Below are positions 38,718 to 50,673 of a stretch of 64,000 nt of DNA, piece by piece. This DNA comes from Syntrophorhabdaceae bacterium (GTDB lineage Bacteria > Desulfobacterota > Syntrophorhabdia > Syntrophorhabdales > Syntrophorhabdaceae). The notes below the pieces were generated by a model. That model made no database searches and was not told where the DNA came from. It saw nothing but the letters and a program-made list of their open reading frames with translations. The position numbers were made by a program, and so were the translations under genes. Location of the stretch: assembly GCA_963665295.1 (NCBI GenBank), contig OY762209.1, positions 4,320,001 through 4,384,000 on the forward strand, in the 5' to 3' direction. The first letter of the stretch is position 1, and each line of letters starts with the position of its first letter.

Positions 38718-38903
38718 TTACCAACTCGATTTAATGACTCCAGGCACCTCTCCTCTCAAGGAACGCAACCTGAAGCAAATTCTGCACATTTGAAACCTGC
38801 CCAAATACCCTCTCGGTCTCCCGCAAATAAGGCACCTGTTCCTGGTCCTTACTTTATACTTCGGAGTCCGCTTCGTCTTTTCCATCATTGCTTTTCTTGC
38901 CAT
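38718..38903 (-). CDS. rpsN: 30S ribosomal protein S14 type Z (Zn-binding)
   Basis: [20 protein letters not shown]. Confidence 0.96.
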   Translation of the reverse strand: MARKAMMEKTKRTPKYKVRTRNRCLICGRPRGYLGRFQMCRICFRLRSLRGEVPGVIKSSW

Positions 38904-38914
38904 CTAATCCTCCG

Positions 38915-39454
38915 TCAACCCCTGAAAGGCATGCCCATAAGTTTCAGAAGCTCAAAGCCTTCTTCGTCCGATGGCGCCGTTGTGGTAATGGTAATATTCA
39001 TTCCCCTTACCTTATCGATCTTATCATACTCTATCTCAGGGAAGAGGGTCTGTTCTTTAACACCCAATGTGTAGTTACCCCTGCCGTCGAAAGATTTCGC
39101 AGATACTCCCTTGAAATCCCTAACCCTCGGCAGCACAATCGTCACCAGCTTGCGGTAGAACTCGTACATCCTGTCCCTACGCAGGGTAACCATACATCCG
39201 ATCGACATACCCTCTCTCAATTTAAAGGATGCGATCGATTTCTTCGCTTTCGTGATAACCGGTTTCTGACCCGTTATGGCCATAATATCATGAGAGGCTG
39301 CGTCCAGGGCTTTCACATTCTGAATCGCTTCGCCCAGCCCTACATTCACCACGATCTTTTCAATTTTCGGAACCTGCATCACATTCTTGTATTTGAACCT
39401 CCGCATAAGGGCGGATTTCACTTCCTTCTCATAATATTCCGCATATCCTGTCAT
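38915..39454 (-). CDS. rplE: 50S ribosomal protein L5
   Basis: [22 protein letters not shown]. Confidence 0.97.
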   Translation of the reverse strand: MTGYAEYYEKEVKSALMRRFKYKNVMQVPKIEKIVVNVGLGEAIQNVKALDAASHDIMAITGQKPVITKAKKSIASFKLREGMSIGCMVTLRRDRMYEFYRKLVTIVLPRVRDFKGVSAKSFDGRGNYTLGVKEQTLFPEIEYDKIDKVRGMNITITTTAPSDEEGFELLKLMGMPFRG

Positions 39455-39467
39455 CAGCTGTTGCCTC

Positions 39468-39791
39468 CTACTTGTCTATAGCCTCTTCGCACTTTTTGCA
39501 GAATCTGATCTTTCTGCCGTCTTCGAGGACCTTCTTGCCCACCCGCACAGGCTTGGAGCATTTTTCGCAGTAAATCATCACGTTCGAGAGATGAATAGGG
39601 CTCTCCCTTTCCATGATTCCGCCCTTCGACTTCTGGCTCGGTTTCACGTGTCTTTTAATTACATTGATCTTTTCCACGATCAGCCGGTCCTTCTTCTTTA
39701 CGATCCTCAGTACCTTTCCGGTTTTGCCCTTGTCCTTGCCCGTTGTCACCATCACAAGGTCATTCTTCTTTACGTGATAATGTTTCTCCAT
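39468..39791 (-). CDS. rplX: 50S ribosomal protein L24
   Basis: KOW motif [17 protein letters not shown]. Confidence 0.97.
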   Translation of the reverse strand: MEKHYHVKKNDLVMVTTGKDKGKTGKVLRIVKKKDRLIVEKINVIKRHVKPSQKSKGGIMERESPIHLSNVMIYCEKCSKPVRVGKKVLEDGRKIRFCKKCEEAIDK

Positions 39792-39872
39792 AATTACCTC
39801 ATCTTAAGCTATCAACTTTCAAAGGAAAGCCGTTTGCTGACCATAGTATGCTTGTATCCCACCACTCAGCCA

Positions 39873-40241
39873 CTACACTACTTCCGGTGCCAAAGATACG
39901 ATCTTCATGAACTTCTTTGCCCGCAGCTCCCTCGCCACGGGTCCGAAGATCCTCGTTCCGATAGGCTCATTATACTGATTGATGATGACAGCCGAATTGT
40001 CGTCAAACCTCACATAAGAACCATCTATCCGCCTTATCTCTTTGCTCGTCCGCACGATTACGGCCTTCACCACATCCCCTTTCTTAACCTTCGCGTTAGG
40101 TATGACTTCTTTCACGGAGGCCACGATGATATCCCCCACTGTGCCGTACCGCTTCCGCGAACCACCGAGGATTCTTATGCATCCCAGTTTCTTTGCCCCT
40201 GAGTTGTCTGCTACATCTAGTTTAGTTCGTTCCTGTATCAT
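39873..40241 (-). CDS. rplN: 50S ribosomal protein L14
   Basis: [20 protein letters not shown]. Confidence 0.98.
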   Translation of the reverse strand: MIQERTKLDVADNSGAKKLGCIRILGGSRKRYGTVGDIIVASVKEVIPNAKVKKGDVVKAVIVRTSKEIRRIDGSYVRFDDNSAVIINQYNEPIGTRIFGPVARELRAKKFMKIVSLAPEVV

Positions 40242-40533
40242 CCTTTACCACCTCTTCTCGAACCATTACCGGTTCTTCACGCTTTATGATCTCTTTCACA
40301 AGCCATCTCTTGTCCTTGCTCAATGGCCTTGTCTCAACAAGAAGAACCCTGTCTCCAACCTTGCACACGTTTGTCTCATCGTGCGCCTTATATCTCTTCT
40401 TCATCTTCAAATATTTATGATATCGAGGATGCTTTAAGAATTTCTCGACTTCTATCACTACACTCTTATCCATCTTGTCTCTGACGACTACACCTACAAT
40501 CTTTCTTCTGCCAACAGCGCTTTTCAGTTCCAT
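40222..40533 (-). CDS. rpsQ: 30S ribosomal protein S17 (C-terminal extension overlaps the rplN start)
   Basis: [21 protein letters not shown]. Confidence 0.95.
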   Translation of the reverse strand: MELKSAVGRRKIVGVVVRDKMDKSVVIEVEKFLKHPRYHKYLKMKKRYKAHDETNVCKVGDRVLLVETRPLSKDKRWLVKEIIKREEPVMVREEVVKDDTGTN

Positions 40534-40543
40534 GCCTACCTCA

Positions 40544-40738
40544 TTAAGTGTGTAATTCCTGTTGTCTCAAAACCGTTTCCAACCTTGCCACATCCTTCTT
40601 GATTACCTTCATCCTCGCCGTATTCTCCAACTGGCCGGTGGAATGCTGGAACCTCAGGTTGAACATCTCTTCCTTCAGGTCCTTCTTCTTCTTCAGCAAC
40701 TCCTCTTTCGTAAGCTCTTTCAGCTCTTTCGCTTTCAT
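40544..40738 (-). CDS. rpmC: 50S ribosomal protein L29
   Basis: [14 protein letters not shown]. Confidence 0.96.
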   Translation of the reverse strand: MKAKELKELTKEELLKKKKDLKEEMFNLRFQHSTGQLENTARMKVIKKDVARLETVLRQQELHT

Positions 40739-41151
40739 TGTTCCTCACTTCTCGCTACAAAGCGCGTACCGATAGGCAGTTTAAAAGACGCTATCCGCAA
40801 GGCCTCTTTTGCCTTATCCTCGGGCACACCCTGGATCTCATACAAGACCTTTCCCGGTTTTACCACCGCCACCCAACCCTCAGATGGCCCCTTCCCCTTA
40901 CCCATACGGGTCTCAGCAGGCTTCTTCGTGATCGGTTTGTCAGGAAATACCCTGATCCACACTTTGCCCGTCCTCTTTACATATCTCGTGAGCGCGATCC
41001 TAGCCGCTTCAATCTGTCTCGCCGTGATCCAACCGCACTCCAGGGCCTGCAATCCGAAATCTCCGAAGCTCACTTCATTGCCCCGGCTGGCCACGCCCTT
41101 CATCCGGCCTTTCATCTGTTTCCTGTACCGTACCCTTTTTGGTGCAAGCAT
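40735..41151 (-). CDS. rplP: 50S ribosomal protein L16
   Basis: [16 protein letters not shown]. Confidence 0.98.
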   Translation of the reverse strand: MLAPKRVRYRKQMKGRMKGVASRGNEVSFGDFGLQALECGWITARQIEAARIALTRYVKRTGKVWIRVFPDKPITKKPAETRMGKGKGPSEGWVAVVKPGKVLYEIQGVPEDKAKEALRIASFKLPIGTRFVARSEEQ

Positions 41152-41794
41152 TATCTTGCCTCCTGATAAATTTCTCCCTTAAAAATCCATACTTTTATGC
41201 CAATAACACCATACTTGGTGCTCGCAATAGCAGTTCCATAATCAATGTCGGCCCTAATGGTCTGAAGCGGCACGCGACCTTCACGATACCATTCAGTCCT
41301 TGCCATCTCAGCCCCTGCAAGCCTACCCGCGCACATGGCCTTGATCCCCTTGGCTCCGAACTTCAGCGCCTGAGATACATTCCTCTTCATCGCTCTTCTG
41401 AAGGACACCCTTCGCTCGAGTGAAGGGCGATGTTCTCCGCCACAAGCTGCGCATCTATCTCGGGCCTCTTGACTTCAGTGATATTGAGGATGATTTCCTT
41501 GTCGGTAATCCGCTGCAGTTCCCTCTTAAGATTTTCAACTTCAGCGCCTTTTCTTCCTATGACAAGTCCGGGTCTCGACGTAAAGATATTCACCTTTGCT
41601 CTTTTATCCTTATTCGCTGCCCTCTCTATCTCTATCTTCGAGATTCCTGCCTGGTGCAGCTTCTCCTTCAGGAATTTCTTGATAGCCAAGTCCTCATGAA
41701 GAAACTTCGCGTAATTTCTGGACGCAAACCACTTGGAGTCCCATGTCTTTATTACGCCAAGCCTAAAACCAAAGGGATTCGTCTTCTGACCCAT
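41151..41794 (-). CDS. rpsC: 30S ribosomal protein S3, split by a 1-nt frameshift at 41420/41421 (probably a sequence error)
   Basis: ORF 41387-41794 encodes MGQK...AENIAL; ORF 41151-41408 encodes FRRAMK...GRVPLQT; adding one base restores [12 protein letters not shown]. Confidence 0.93.
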
Positions 41795-41807
41795 TTATCC
41801 TCCAAAA

Positions 41808-42140
41808 TTATGCTTCATCTAAAATCATCGTAATATGACTGCTGCGCTTCCTTACCTTTGTTGCCCTTCCCATAGCCCTCGGAAGAAACCTCTTCATCAC
41901 CGGTCCGCCGTCAACTATGACGTTCTTTACGAAAAGGTTGTCGATATCCACGTACTTCCTCTGCTTGGCATTCGCAACAGCGCTGTCAAGAAGCTTTTTA
42001 AGTATATCCGATGCTTTCTGCGGCATGTAGGTGAGCATACCACTTGCATCGTTGACGTTCTTCTTTTTTATCAAATCCCCTACGAGCCTTACTTTCCTCG
42101 GGGATATGCGTATCATTCGTGCCCGTGCTATGATTTCCAT
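41808..42140 (-). CDS. rplV: 50S ribosomal protein L22
   Basis: SPRKVRLV, PRAMGRA, SHIT. Confidence 0.97.
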   Translation of the reverse strand: MEIIARARMIRISPRKVRLVGDLIKKKNVNDASGMLTYMPQKASDILKKLLDSAVANAKQRKYVDIDNLFVKNVIVDGGPVMKRFLPRAMGRATKVRKRSSHITMILDEA

Positions 42141-42145
42141 AATTC

Positions 42146-42436
42146 CTAATCCTTCCTCTTTACTACTTTGGCCTTCCTGTCCCCTGAATGGCTGTGAAAA
42201 GTCCTCGTAGGCGAAAATTCGCCCAGCTTATGCCCTACCATCTCTTCCGATACGAAAACTGGTATGAACTTCTTTCCATTATGGACCGCAAAGGTCAATC
42301 CAATAAAGTCAGGAGTAATTGTCGAGCTCCTCGACCACGTCTTTATCACCTTAGAGCTCTTCGTCTCCTTCGTTTCTCCGACCTTCTTTACCAACTTTAG
42401 GTCCACGTATGGCCCTTTTTTTAGAGACCTCGCCAT
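42146..42436 (-). CDS. rpsS: 30S ribosomal protein S19
   Basis: RSLKKGP, KTWSR, GHKLGEF. Confidence 0.98.
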   Translation of the reverse strand: MARSLKKGPYVDLKLVKKVGETKETKSSKVIKTWSRSSTITPDFIGLTFAVHNGKKFIPVFVSEEMVGHKLGEFSPTRTFHSHSGDRKAKVVKRKD

Positions 42437-42445
42437 GGAAACCTC

Positions 42446-43273
42446 CTAATCCCTTTTCTTTATGACAAACTTATCAGTTCGCTTATTCTTTCTGGTTTTA
42501 AGCCCTTTGGACAACTGTCCCCAAGGAGAACACGGGTGTCTCCCGCCTTTAGACCGGCCTTCGCCGCCGCCCAAGGGGTGATCCACAGGGTTCATCGCCG
42601 TTCCTCTTACCGTAGGTCTAATGCCGAGCCACCGAGGCTTCCCCGCCTTCCCTATGGTTATATTCTCATGGTCTACATTGCCTGCCTGTCCGATCGTAGC
42701 CACACAATTCAGATGTATGAGCCTGACCGCTCCAGACGGCAACCGGACATGACCGTAATCGCCCTCTTTTGCAACAAGCTGCGCATAGCAACCCGCTCCT
42801 CGTGCGAGCTGACCGCCCTTTCCGGGCTTCATCTCTACATTGTACACGGAAGTTCCAAGAGGTATAAACCGGAGCGGCAGTGCGTTCCCTTCTTTTATCT
42901 CAGTGTCCGCCTTCTTGCTCGATATGATCACCTCACCCACCTTAACCCCATGAGTGGCGATCATATATCTCTTTTCACCATCCGCATAAGAAACCAGAGC
43001 TATATGGGCCGATCTGTTAGGATCATACTCGATTCCCTTGACTGTCCCCGGTATCTCGAATTTGTCCCTCTTAAAATCAACAATCCTATATCTTCTCTTG
43101 TGGCCGCCACCAATATGCCTGGTGGTAATCTTTCCCGAGTTATTCCTTCCTCCGGACTTCTTTATCGGCCTGAGCAAAGACTTCTCGGGTTTATCTTTGG
43201 TAATCTCATCATACGTCAGGCCGCTCATGAACCTCCGGCCCGCTGAAGTAGGTTTATATTCCCTGACGCCCAT
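42446..43273 (-). CDS. rplB: 50S ribosomal protein L2
   Basis: [21 protein letters not shown]. Confidence 0.98.
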   Translation of the reverse strand: MGVREYKPTSAGRRFMSGLTYDEITKDKPEKSLLRPIKKSGGRNNSGKITTRHIGGGHKRRYRIVDFKRDKFEIPGTVKGIEYDPNRSAHIALVSYADGEKRYMIATHGVKVGEVIISSKKADTEIKEGNALPLRFIPLGTSVYNVEMKPGKGGQLARGAGCYAQLVAKEGDYGHVRLPSGAVRLIHLNCVATIGQAGNVDHENITIGKAGKPRWLGIRPTVRGTAMNPVDHPLGGGEGRSKGGRHPCSPWGQLSKGLKTRKNKRTDKFVIKKRD

Positions 43274-43560
43274 TATGCACCCTCAAAAATCGTTATTTTA
43301 TCTTTAGGACTTAGCTTCACATACGCCTTCTTCCAATCCGCCTGCTTTCCGGCGAACCTCCCTACCCTTTTCTTCTTCCCTTCCACTTTGACCACGCTCA
43401 CGGAGACCACTTTCACCTTGAAAAGTTTCTCCACGGCCTTCTTGATCTCTATCTTGTTCGCGTTCCGCTGTACCTCGAAGACATACTGGTTCGCGTTTTC
43501 CTTCACAAATGAGCTTTTCTCCGTAATTACCGGCCTCAACACCACGTCATATTCGTTCAT
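43273..43560 (-). CDS. rplW: 50S ribosomal protein L23
   Basis: PVITEKS, WKKAYV. Confidence 0.97.
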   Translation of the reverse strand: MNEYDVVLRPVITEKSSFVKENANQYVFEVQRNANKIEIKKAVEKLFKVKVVSVSVVKVEGKKKRVGRFAGKQADWKKAYVKLSPKDKITIFEGA

Positions 43561-44180
43561 GATACAAGCACCTCTTCAATCCTCCGTAACGCGCTCAGAG
43601 TCATTATCAACTGCTCGTGCCTGATCACGTCATAGACATTTAACCCCTCAACCTTTAATACCTTTACATACGGTATGTTCCTTGCGGACTTCTCCACTGT
43701 ATCATCTTTCTTGTCGATTACGAAGAGAGGCTTCGTAAGGCTGAGCGACTTCATGATGACGCTGAAGCTTTTGGTGCTGATTGCCGAAAGCTCAAGGTTA
43801 TCCAAAACCTTCAGGTTGGATCCCGAATATCTCGCACTCAGTGCGGATCTCAGGGCACCCCTTCTCACCTTCTTAGGCAGCAAATAGCCGTAGTCGCGAG
43901 GATGAGGCCCGAACACCGTGCCTCCACCTACCTGAACCGGCGACCGCGACGTACCCTGGCGGGCCCTTCCTGTTCCTTTCTGCCGGAACGGTTTCTTTCC
44001 GCCGCCGCTTACTTCCTTCCGCGTTTTTGTGGATGCAGTGCCGCTCCGCCGATTCGCGAGTTGCATCTTCACCACATCGTGAATAAGGTACGGCTTCACT
44101 TCGCAATTAAAGACCTCGTCCTTAATCTCGATCTCCCCTACCTTTTCACCCTTCATATCTATAAGGTCTGCTAATGCCAT
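43557..44180 (-). CDS. rplD: 50S ribosomal protein L4
   Basis: KPFRQKGTGRARQG, GGG.VFGP, SARNIP. Confidence 0.97.
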   Translation of the reverse strand: MALADLIDMKGEKVGEIEIKDEVFNCEVKPYLIHDVVKMQLANRRSGTASTKTRKEVSGGGKKPFRQKGTGRARQGTSRSPVQVGGGTVFGPHPRDYGYLLPKKVRRGALRSALSARYSGSNLKVLDNLELSAISTKSFSVIMKSLSLTKPLFVIDKKDDTVEKSARNIPYVKVLKVEGLNVYDVIRHEQLIMTLSALRRIEEVLVS

Positions 44181-44189
44181 AAAGGACTC

Positions 44190-44495
44190 CTAAGATTTTA
44201 TCTCTACGTCAACGCCGGCTGAAAGTTCTAATTTCATGAGGGCATCCACGGTCTGTTGTGTCGGTTCCACGATATCTATCAACCTTTTATGGGTCCTCAC
44301 CTCAAACTGCTCCCTCGATTTCTTGTCGATATGAGGCGACCTCAACACACAGAACTTCTGAATCCGCGTGGGTAACGGTACCGGTCCTACTACCTGTGCC
44401 CCTGTCTTCTTCGCCGCTTCCACAATTTCCTTCACCGATTGATCAAGCAGCCTATGATCAAAGGCCTTCAGGCATATCCTGATTCTCTGCCTCAT
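44190..44495 (-). CDS. rpsJ: 30S ribosomal protein S10
   Basis: [21 protein letters not shown]. Confidence 0.98.
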   Translation of the reverse strand: MRQRIRICLKAFDHRLLDQSVKEIVEAAKKTGAQVVGPVPLPTRIQKFCVLRSPHIDKKSREQFEVRTHKRLIDIVEPTQQTVDALMKLELSAGVDVEIKS

Positions 44496-44505
44496 CTTCT
44501 ACCCC

Positions 44506-45697
<1,192 letters not shown>

Positions 45698-45705
<8 letters not shown>

Positions 45706-47794
45706 ATAGAACCTCCGTTACTGTTTTTTCTCTATTTTTCATTAAATTTTCATAGATATGTGTTGGAACGGGTGCGTAATGGAAAAATTCCATGGTAAAG
45801 TACCCCCTTCCCTGTGTAGCCGACCGAAGATGCGTCGTGTAACCGAACATCTGGTCAAGGGGGATATAACCCACTATGTATTTGAAGTCGTTTCTATCAC
45901 CTAATTCAGCAATTCTTCCCCTTCTCGATGAAATGTCACCTATGACCGTCCCCATGCAATCCGGCGGCACATTGATGTCCACTTTCATAATCGGCTCAAG
46001 GATAACGGGGTTCGCTTTATGCACAGCATTCTTGAGTCCCAGCGACGCGGCGAGTTTGAACGCCAGTTCCGACGAGTCCACGTCATGGTAAGAACCGTCC
46101 ATAAGCTCCACTTTTATGTTTATCATCGGATAGCCGAGGACGACCCCTTTTTCAAGAGTCTCCTTTACGCCGGTCTCGATGCTCGAGATATACTCCCTCG
46201 GGATAACCCCGCCCACTGTCTTGTTTTCGAAAGCGTAATCCGCTCCTTCCAACGGCGAGATCTGAAAGACGACATGACCGTACTGCCCTCTACCGCCTGA
46301 CTGCTTTATATATTTCCCCACGCCCGTGGTGCCCTTTGTGATAGTTTCGCGATAGGCAACCTGCGGCGGAGAAGATATCATCTCCAGGTTGTGCTCCCTC
46401 TTTGCCCTGTCCATGAGTATCTCCAGATGAAGCTCACCCATGCCCGACAATATTACTTCTCCCGTCTCCTTGTCCATCTTGACGGTAATCGAGGGGTCCT
46501 CAATGGTGTACCTGTTAAAAACAAGCCACATCTTTTTCAGATCGTCTTTTCTCTTGGGGGTTATGGCGATCGATACCACGGGTACCGGCACTTCGATAGT
46601 CTCGAAAAGAATATCCGTGCCTTCCAAGGTAAGCGTGTCGCCGGTGCTCGCATTCTTGAGGCCCACTATAGCACAGATGTCGCCTGCCTCTACGCGCTTC
46701 ACGTCTTCACGCTTATTCGCGTGAAGCCTCAAAATTCTGCCTATGCGCTCAGTCCGGCCTCTCGTGCTGTTGGCAACAATGTCGCCTGTCTTCAACTCGC
46801 CGGAATAAATACGTATGTAACTTAACTGACCCACGAAGGGATCATTCATGATCTTGAATACAAGTCCGCTGAAGAGTTCGTCTTTCGACCCCTTCAATTC
46901 TCCTTCAGCGCCGTCTTCGGTCCAATATTTATAAGGAGACACATCGACGGGCGACGGAAGATAGTCCACGATCGCGTCAAGAAGTGGTTGTACCGCTTTG
47001 TTCTTGAACGCGCTGCCGCAAAGGACAGGCAGGAAATTGCCGTTAAGGGTTCCCTTTCTTATTACTCTCCGGATCTCTTCCTCATCGATGGCAACTCCGT
47101 CCAGGTAATTGCCCATGAAGGCGTCATCCGCTTCGCAGAGCGACTCCATCATCTCTACCCTCAGTTCCTCGGCTCTCGCTCTCAGATCATCAGGTATGTC
47201 GCCGACCGTGTAATCCAATCCCTTCACGTCTTTATCATAGGTAAGAGCGATCCCTTTTATGACATCGACCACACCGATAAAGTCGTCACCGTTCCTTATC
47301 GGTATCTGAAGCACAAGGGGGTTCGCTTTCAAAATATCGCGCATCATCTGAACGCATTTGTCGAGGTTCGCCGCAGGCCGGTCCATCTTGTTCACGTAGC
47401 CTATTCTCGGCACCCCGTACCTGTCGGCCTGTCGCCATACCGTTTCCGACTGGGGCTCAACGCCTTCCACACCGGAAAAGAGGGCTACCGCGCCATCCAG
47501 AACTCTGAGCGACCTGCCTACCTCTATGGTAAAATCGATATGCCCAGGCGTATCGATAATGTTTATCCTGTGATCTCTCCAAAAACACGTAGTGGCCGCT
47601 GCCGTGATCGTGATGCCTCTTTCCTTTTCCTGCTCCATCCAGTCCATGGTCGCAGCGCCATCATCAACTTCGCCGATCCTGTTGTTCACTCCTGTATAGA
47701 ACAGCATCCGCTCCGTTGCAGTAGTCTTCCCTGCATCGATATGAGCCATGATGCCGACATTCCTTAATACGTTGATACCATTCTTACTCATCAA
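45698..47794 (-). CDS. fusA: Elongation factor G (divergent str-operon copy)
   Basis: [37 protein letters not shown]. Confidence 0.92.
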
Positions 47795-47803
47795 ACACCT
47801 TGT

Positions 47804-48274
47804 CTACCACCTGTAATGCGCAAAAGCCTTGTTCGCTTCGGCCATTTTATGTGTATCCTCTCTCTTCTTTACGGAACCACCCTTATTATTGTATGCATCG
47901 AGGATTTCCCCCGCAAGGCGCTCCGTCATCGTCCTTTCCGACCTGTCCCGGGAATATCTGATCAACCATCTGATCCCGAGGGACAGCTTCCTGTTCACTC
48001 TCACTTCCACCGGCACCTGGTACGTTGCCCCGCCTACTCTTCTCGCTTTTACTTCCAGTTCCGGCTTAATATTGTCCATCGCCTTCTGGAATATCTTCAG
48101 TGATTCTTCCTTGAGCTTCTCTTCAACAAGGTCAAAGGCACCGTAGACAATTTTTGTCGCGGTGCTTTTCTTGCCGTCGAGCATGATGCAGTTGATCAGC
48201 CTCTGTACGACCAGGTCGTTATATTTGAGATCAGGTACTCTTTCTCTCTTTGCTATATGTCCTTTCCTTGGCAT
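47804..48274 (-). CDS. rpsG: 30S ribosomal protein S7
   Basis: [22 protein letters not shown]. Confidence 0.98.
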   Translation of the reverse strand: MPRKGHIAKRERVPDLKYNDLVVQRLINCIMLDGKKSTATKIVYGAFDLVEEKLKEESLKIFQKAMDNIKPELEVKARRVGGATYQVPVEVRVNRKLSLGIRWLIRYSRDRSERTMTERLAGEILDAYNNKGGSVKKREDTHKMAEANKAFAHYRW

Positions 48275-48286
48275 ACCTTTGCTCCT

Positions 48287-48661
48287 CTATTGTTTGGGTC
48301 TTTTTGCGCCGTATTTCGATCTGCTCTTCTTCCTGTTTGCCACGCCGCTCGCATCCAATGAGCCCCTGATTATGTGATACCTTACGCCCGGTAAGTCTTT
48401 TACTCTACCGCCTCTTATGAGGACCACCGAGTGCTCCTGGAGGTTGTGCCCGATTCCTGGTATATAACTTGTAACCTCTATGCTGTTTGTCAATCTGACA
48501 CGGGCAACTTTTCGCAATGCCGAGTTCGGCTTTTTCGGTGTCGTCGTATAAACCCTCACACAAACCCCTCTCTTCTGGGGACAATCCGTAAGGGCCGGCG
48601 AAGAACTCTTCTTTTTGACGACCTTCCTCCCTAGCCTCACTAATTGGTTAATAGTTGGCAT
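48287..48661 (-). CDS. rpsL: 30S ribosomal protein S12
   Basis: [20 protein letters not shown]. Confidence 0.99.
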   Translation of the reverse strand: MPTINQLVRLGRKVVKKKSSSPALTDCPQKRGVCVRVYTTTPKKPNSALRKVARVRLTNSIEVTSYIPGIGHNLQEHSVVLIRGGRVKDLPGVRYHIIRGSLDASGVANRKKSRSKYGAKRPKQ

Positions 48662-48727
48662 CCTTTTTTACCTCCAAAAAAATAATCCCCTTTAAAGGGA
48701 TGAATGTACCCGCAAAAAAACTTGTGT

Positions 48728-48756
48728 ATATTAAACATTTTCCCTTGCCATGTCAA
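48728..48756 (-). promoter_or_regulatory. Sigma-70 promoter of the ribosomal superoperon
   Basis: Minus strand TTGACA-N17-TAATAT upstream of rpsL. Confidence 0.7.
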
Positions 48757-49218
48757 GTGATTTCTGCCAAATCCGCCTCATCAGTCGTCCGCTGAAGCCC
48801 CTATCGAAACAAACCAGAGTGACTTGCCGGGCTGATGCGCTTGGATCACCGCAGAAACTGCAGGCACATGAAGCTTGGGACCTACTTTTCCGATCTCGAG
48901 GTGTTCCCTATTCCACTTGCTACTTCTGATTCTTCTGAGATGCAGCGTATATATACCATAGTTGACGTGGACTTACAACAAAATAAAACTCAATCAGGGC
49001 CTGCGGGCGCCTCGCGGCACAGAGAAAACCCACCTCTCCGGTCTTCTGCCGTCCGCCCCGGGCGCGCCGCATGAACAACCTCCGCCTTACCGTATACAGG
49101 CTGGAACGTTTTCTGCTGGTTTATTGTGATATATTGAACAAAAATCTTGACAATTTCCGGCACTTTATAATAACTTGCAGAGTCCCTAATACTACATTTA
49201 ATATTGAAGGAGGTTTTT

Positions 49219-50541
49219 ATGGCGCAGGAAAAGGTATTTAACCGCTGGCTCGTAGTGGTAGGAGCACTACTAATTCAAATAAGTCTTGGAGCTATCTATA
49301 TTTATAGCGTTTTCAAACCCGGCCTCAAGGCGACCTTCCCCACATGGTCCAATACGGACCTCGCTCTTCCCTCTCAGCTCGTACTTTTCTTCTTCGCCGC
49401 AAGCACAATACTTGCGGGCAGGGTTCAGGACAAGGTCGGACCCCGCGTGGTGGCGAGCATAGGCGGCGTCCTGGTGGGCATAGGACTGGCGATAGCCTCT
49501 TTTGCGAAGGACCTTACCATGTTTACCATCGGTTTCAGCGTTGTAGGCGGAATCGGCATCGGAACCGCGTATGTATGTCCTATCGCAACTTGCGTAAAAT
49601 GGTTTCCCGACAAGCGCGGCCTTATCACGGGCCTCGCAGTGGCCGGATTCGGCGCAGGGGCCCTCGTATTCACCCCCGTAGCAAAATCCTTTATCGCCTC
49701 CGTGGGTGTAATGCCCACTTTCCTCTATCTGGGCATCATTTTCTTCATCGCCGTCGTGATCGGCGCTCAATTGATGATTAACCCACCTGCCGGCTACAAG
49801 CCCGCGGGATGGAATCCCCCGGCAGTCGCCGCAGGCGCTGCGGCGAAAGGGGATTTTACCATGGGGCAGATGCTCGCCACCCCGCAATTCTGGATCTTGT
49901 GGCTCACCTATTTCGCCGGATCAACGGCGGGACTGATGATCATCATGAACGTTACAAACATTTGGCAGTCTTTTGCCATGATCGATCTCGCGAAGACGAC
50001 CGGCACCATTCCCAAGGACATATATTCCGACGTTGTGGCCAAAGGCGCAATGGCGGTCATGGTCGTGGCCATACTCAATGCTGCAGGCAGAATAGTCTGG
50101 GGTAAGGTATCGGATACTCTCGGCAGGAAAACGACCCTCCTCGTCATGTTCGTTTTCAGCGGAATAATCATGCTTGTTCTGAACGGCCTCTCGTCGTTCC
50201 CTCTTTATATCTTCGGTGTGTGTTGCGTGGGCTTCTGCTTCGGCGGCTTCCTCGCCCTTTACCCCGCGGTGACCACCGACTATTTCGGGACAAAGAACGT
50301 GGGCGTCAATTACGGTTGTATGTTCATGGCCTACGGAGCAGGCGGCCTATTCGGTCCGTGGCTGGCCCCTAAGCTCATGAAAGTAGTCCAGAAGATCCCC
50401 TTCGAACTCGTGGACAAAGGTAACCTCATCACCAAACCATACGAGGCAGGGAGCTATCTTACCTCTTTCTTAATTTCGGGTGTCATGTGCCTCGTTGCTG
50501 CAGCTCTCATTCTGACAGTGAAGCCTCCGAAACTTAAATAG
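49219..50541 (+). CDS. OFA-family (oxalate/formate antiporter or L-lactate type) MFS transporter
   Basis: About 12 TM helices; GRVQDKVGPR, KWFPDKRGLITGLAVAGFG, DYFGTKN.GVNYG; SD GGAGG. Confidence 0.88.
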   Translation: MAQEKVFNRWLVVVGALLIQISLGAIYIYSVFKPGLKATFPTWSNTDLALPSQLVLFFFAASTILAGRVQDKVGPRVVASIGGVLVGIGLAIASFAKDLTMFTIGFSVVGGIGIGTAYVCPIATCVKWFPDKRGLITGLAVAGFGAGALVFTPVAKSFIASVGVMPTFLYLGIIFFIAVVIGAQLMINPPAGYKPAGWNPPAVAAGAAAKGDFTMGQMLATPQFWILWLTYFAGSTAGLMIIMNVTNIWQSFAMIDLAKTTGTIPKDIYSDVVAKGAMAVMVVAILNAAGRIVWGKVSDTLGRKTTLLVMFVFSGIIMLVLNGLSSFPLYIFGVCCVGFCFGGFLALYPAVTTDYFGTKNVGVNYGCMFMAYGAGGLFGPWLAPKLMKVVQKIPFELVDKGNLITKPYEAGSYLTSFLISGVMCLVAAALILTVKPPKLK

Positions 50542-50578
50542 GGGCTCACACCTTTATAGTCCGGATCTTCGTATCATG

Positions 50579-50621
50579 CAACAAAAAGGGGGCAAACTTC
50601 AAGTTTGCCCCCTTTTTGTTG
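50579..50621. terminator. Bidirectional intrinsic terminator between convergent genes
   Basis: Perfect inverted repeat CAACAAAAAGGGGGCAAACT-TCA-AGTTTGCCCCCTTTTTGTTG. Confidence 0.9.
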
Positions 50622-50673
50622 AGATGGACCGCGCCTGTACCGCGCGCCTTCCTTCCCACGGGAGGTTCCATAT

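Noticed and set aside
41387..41430. Programmed ribosomal frameshift in rpsC
   Set aside because: No slippery heptamer or stimulatory structure seen; a simple deletion error is more parsimonious
49102..49116. TGGAAC-N5-CTGC as a sigma-54 promoter for the MFS gene
   Set aside because: Two mismatches to consensus, and a sigma-70 TTGACA lies closer to the gene
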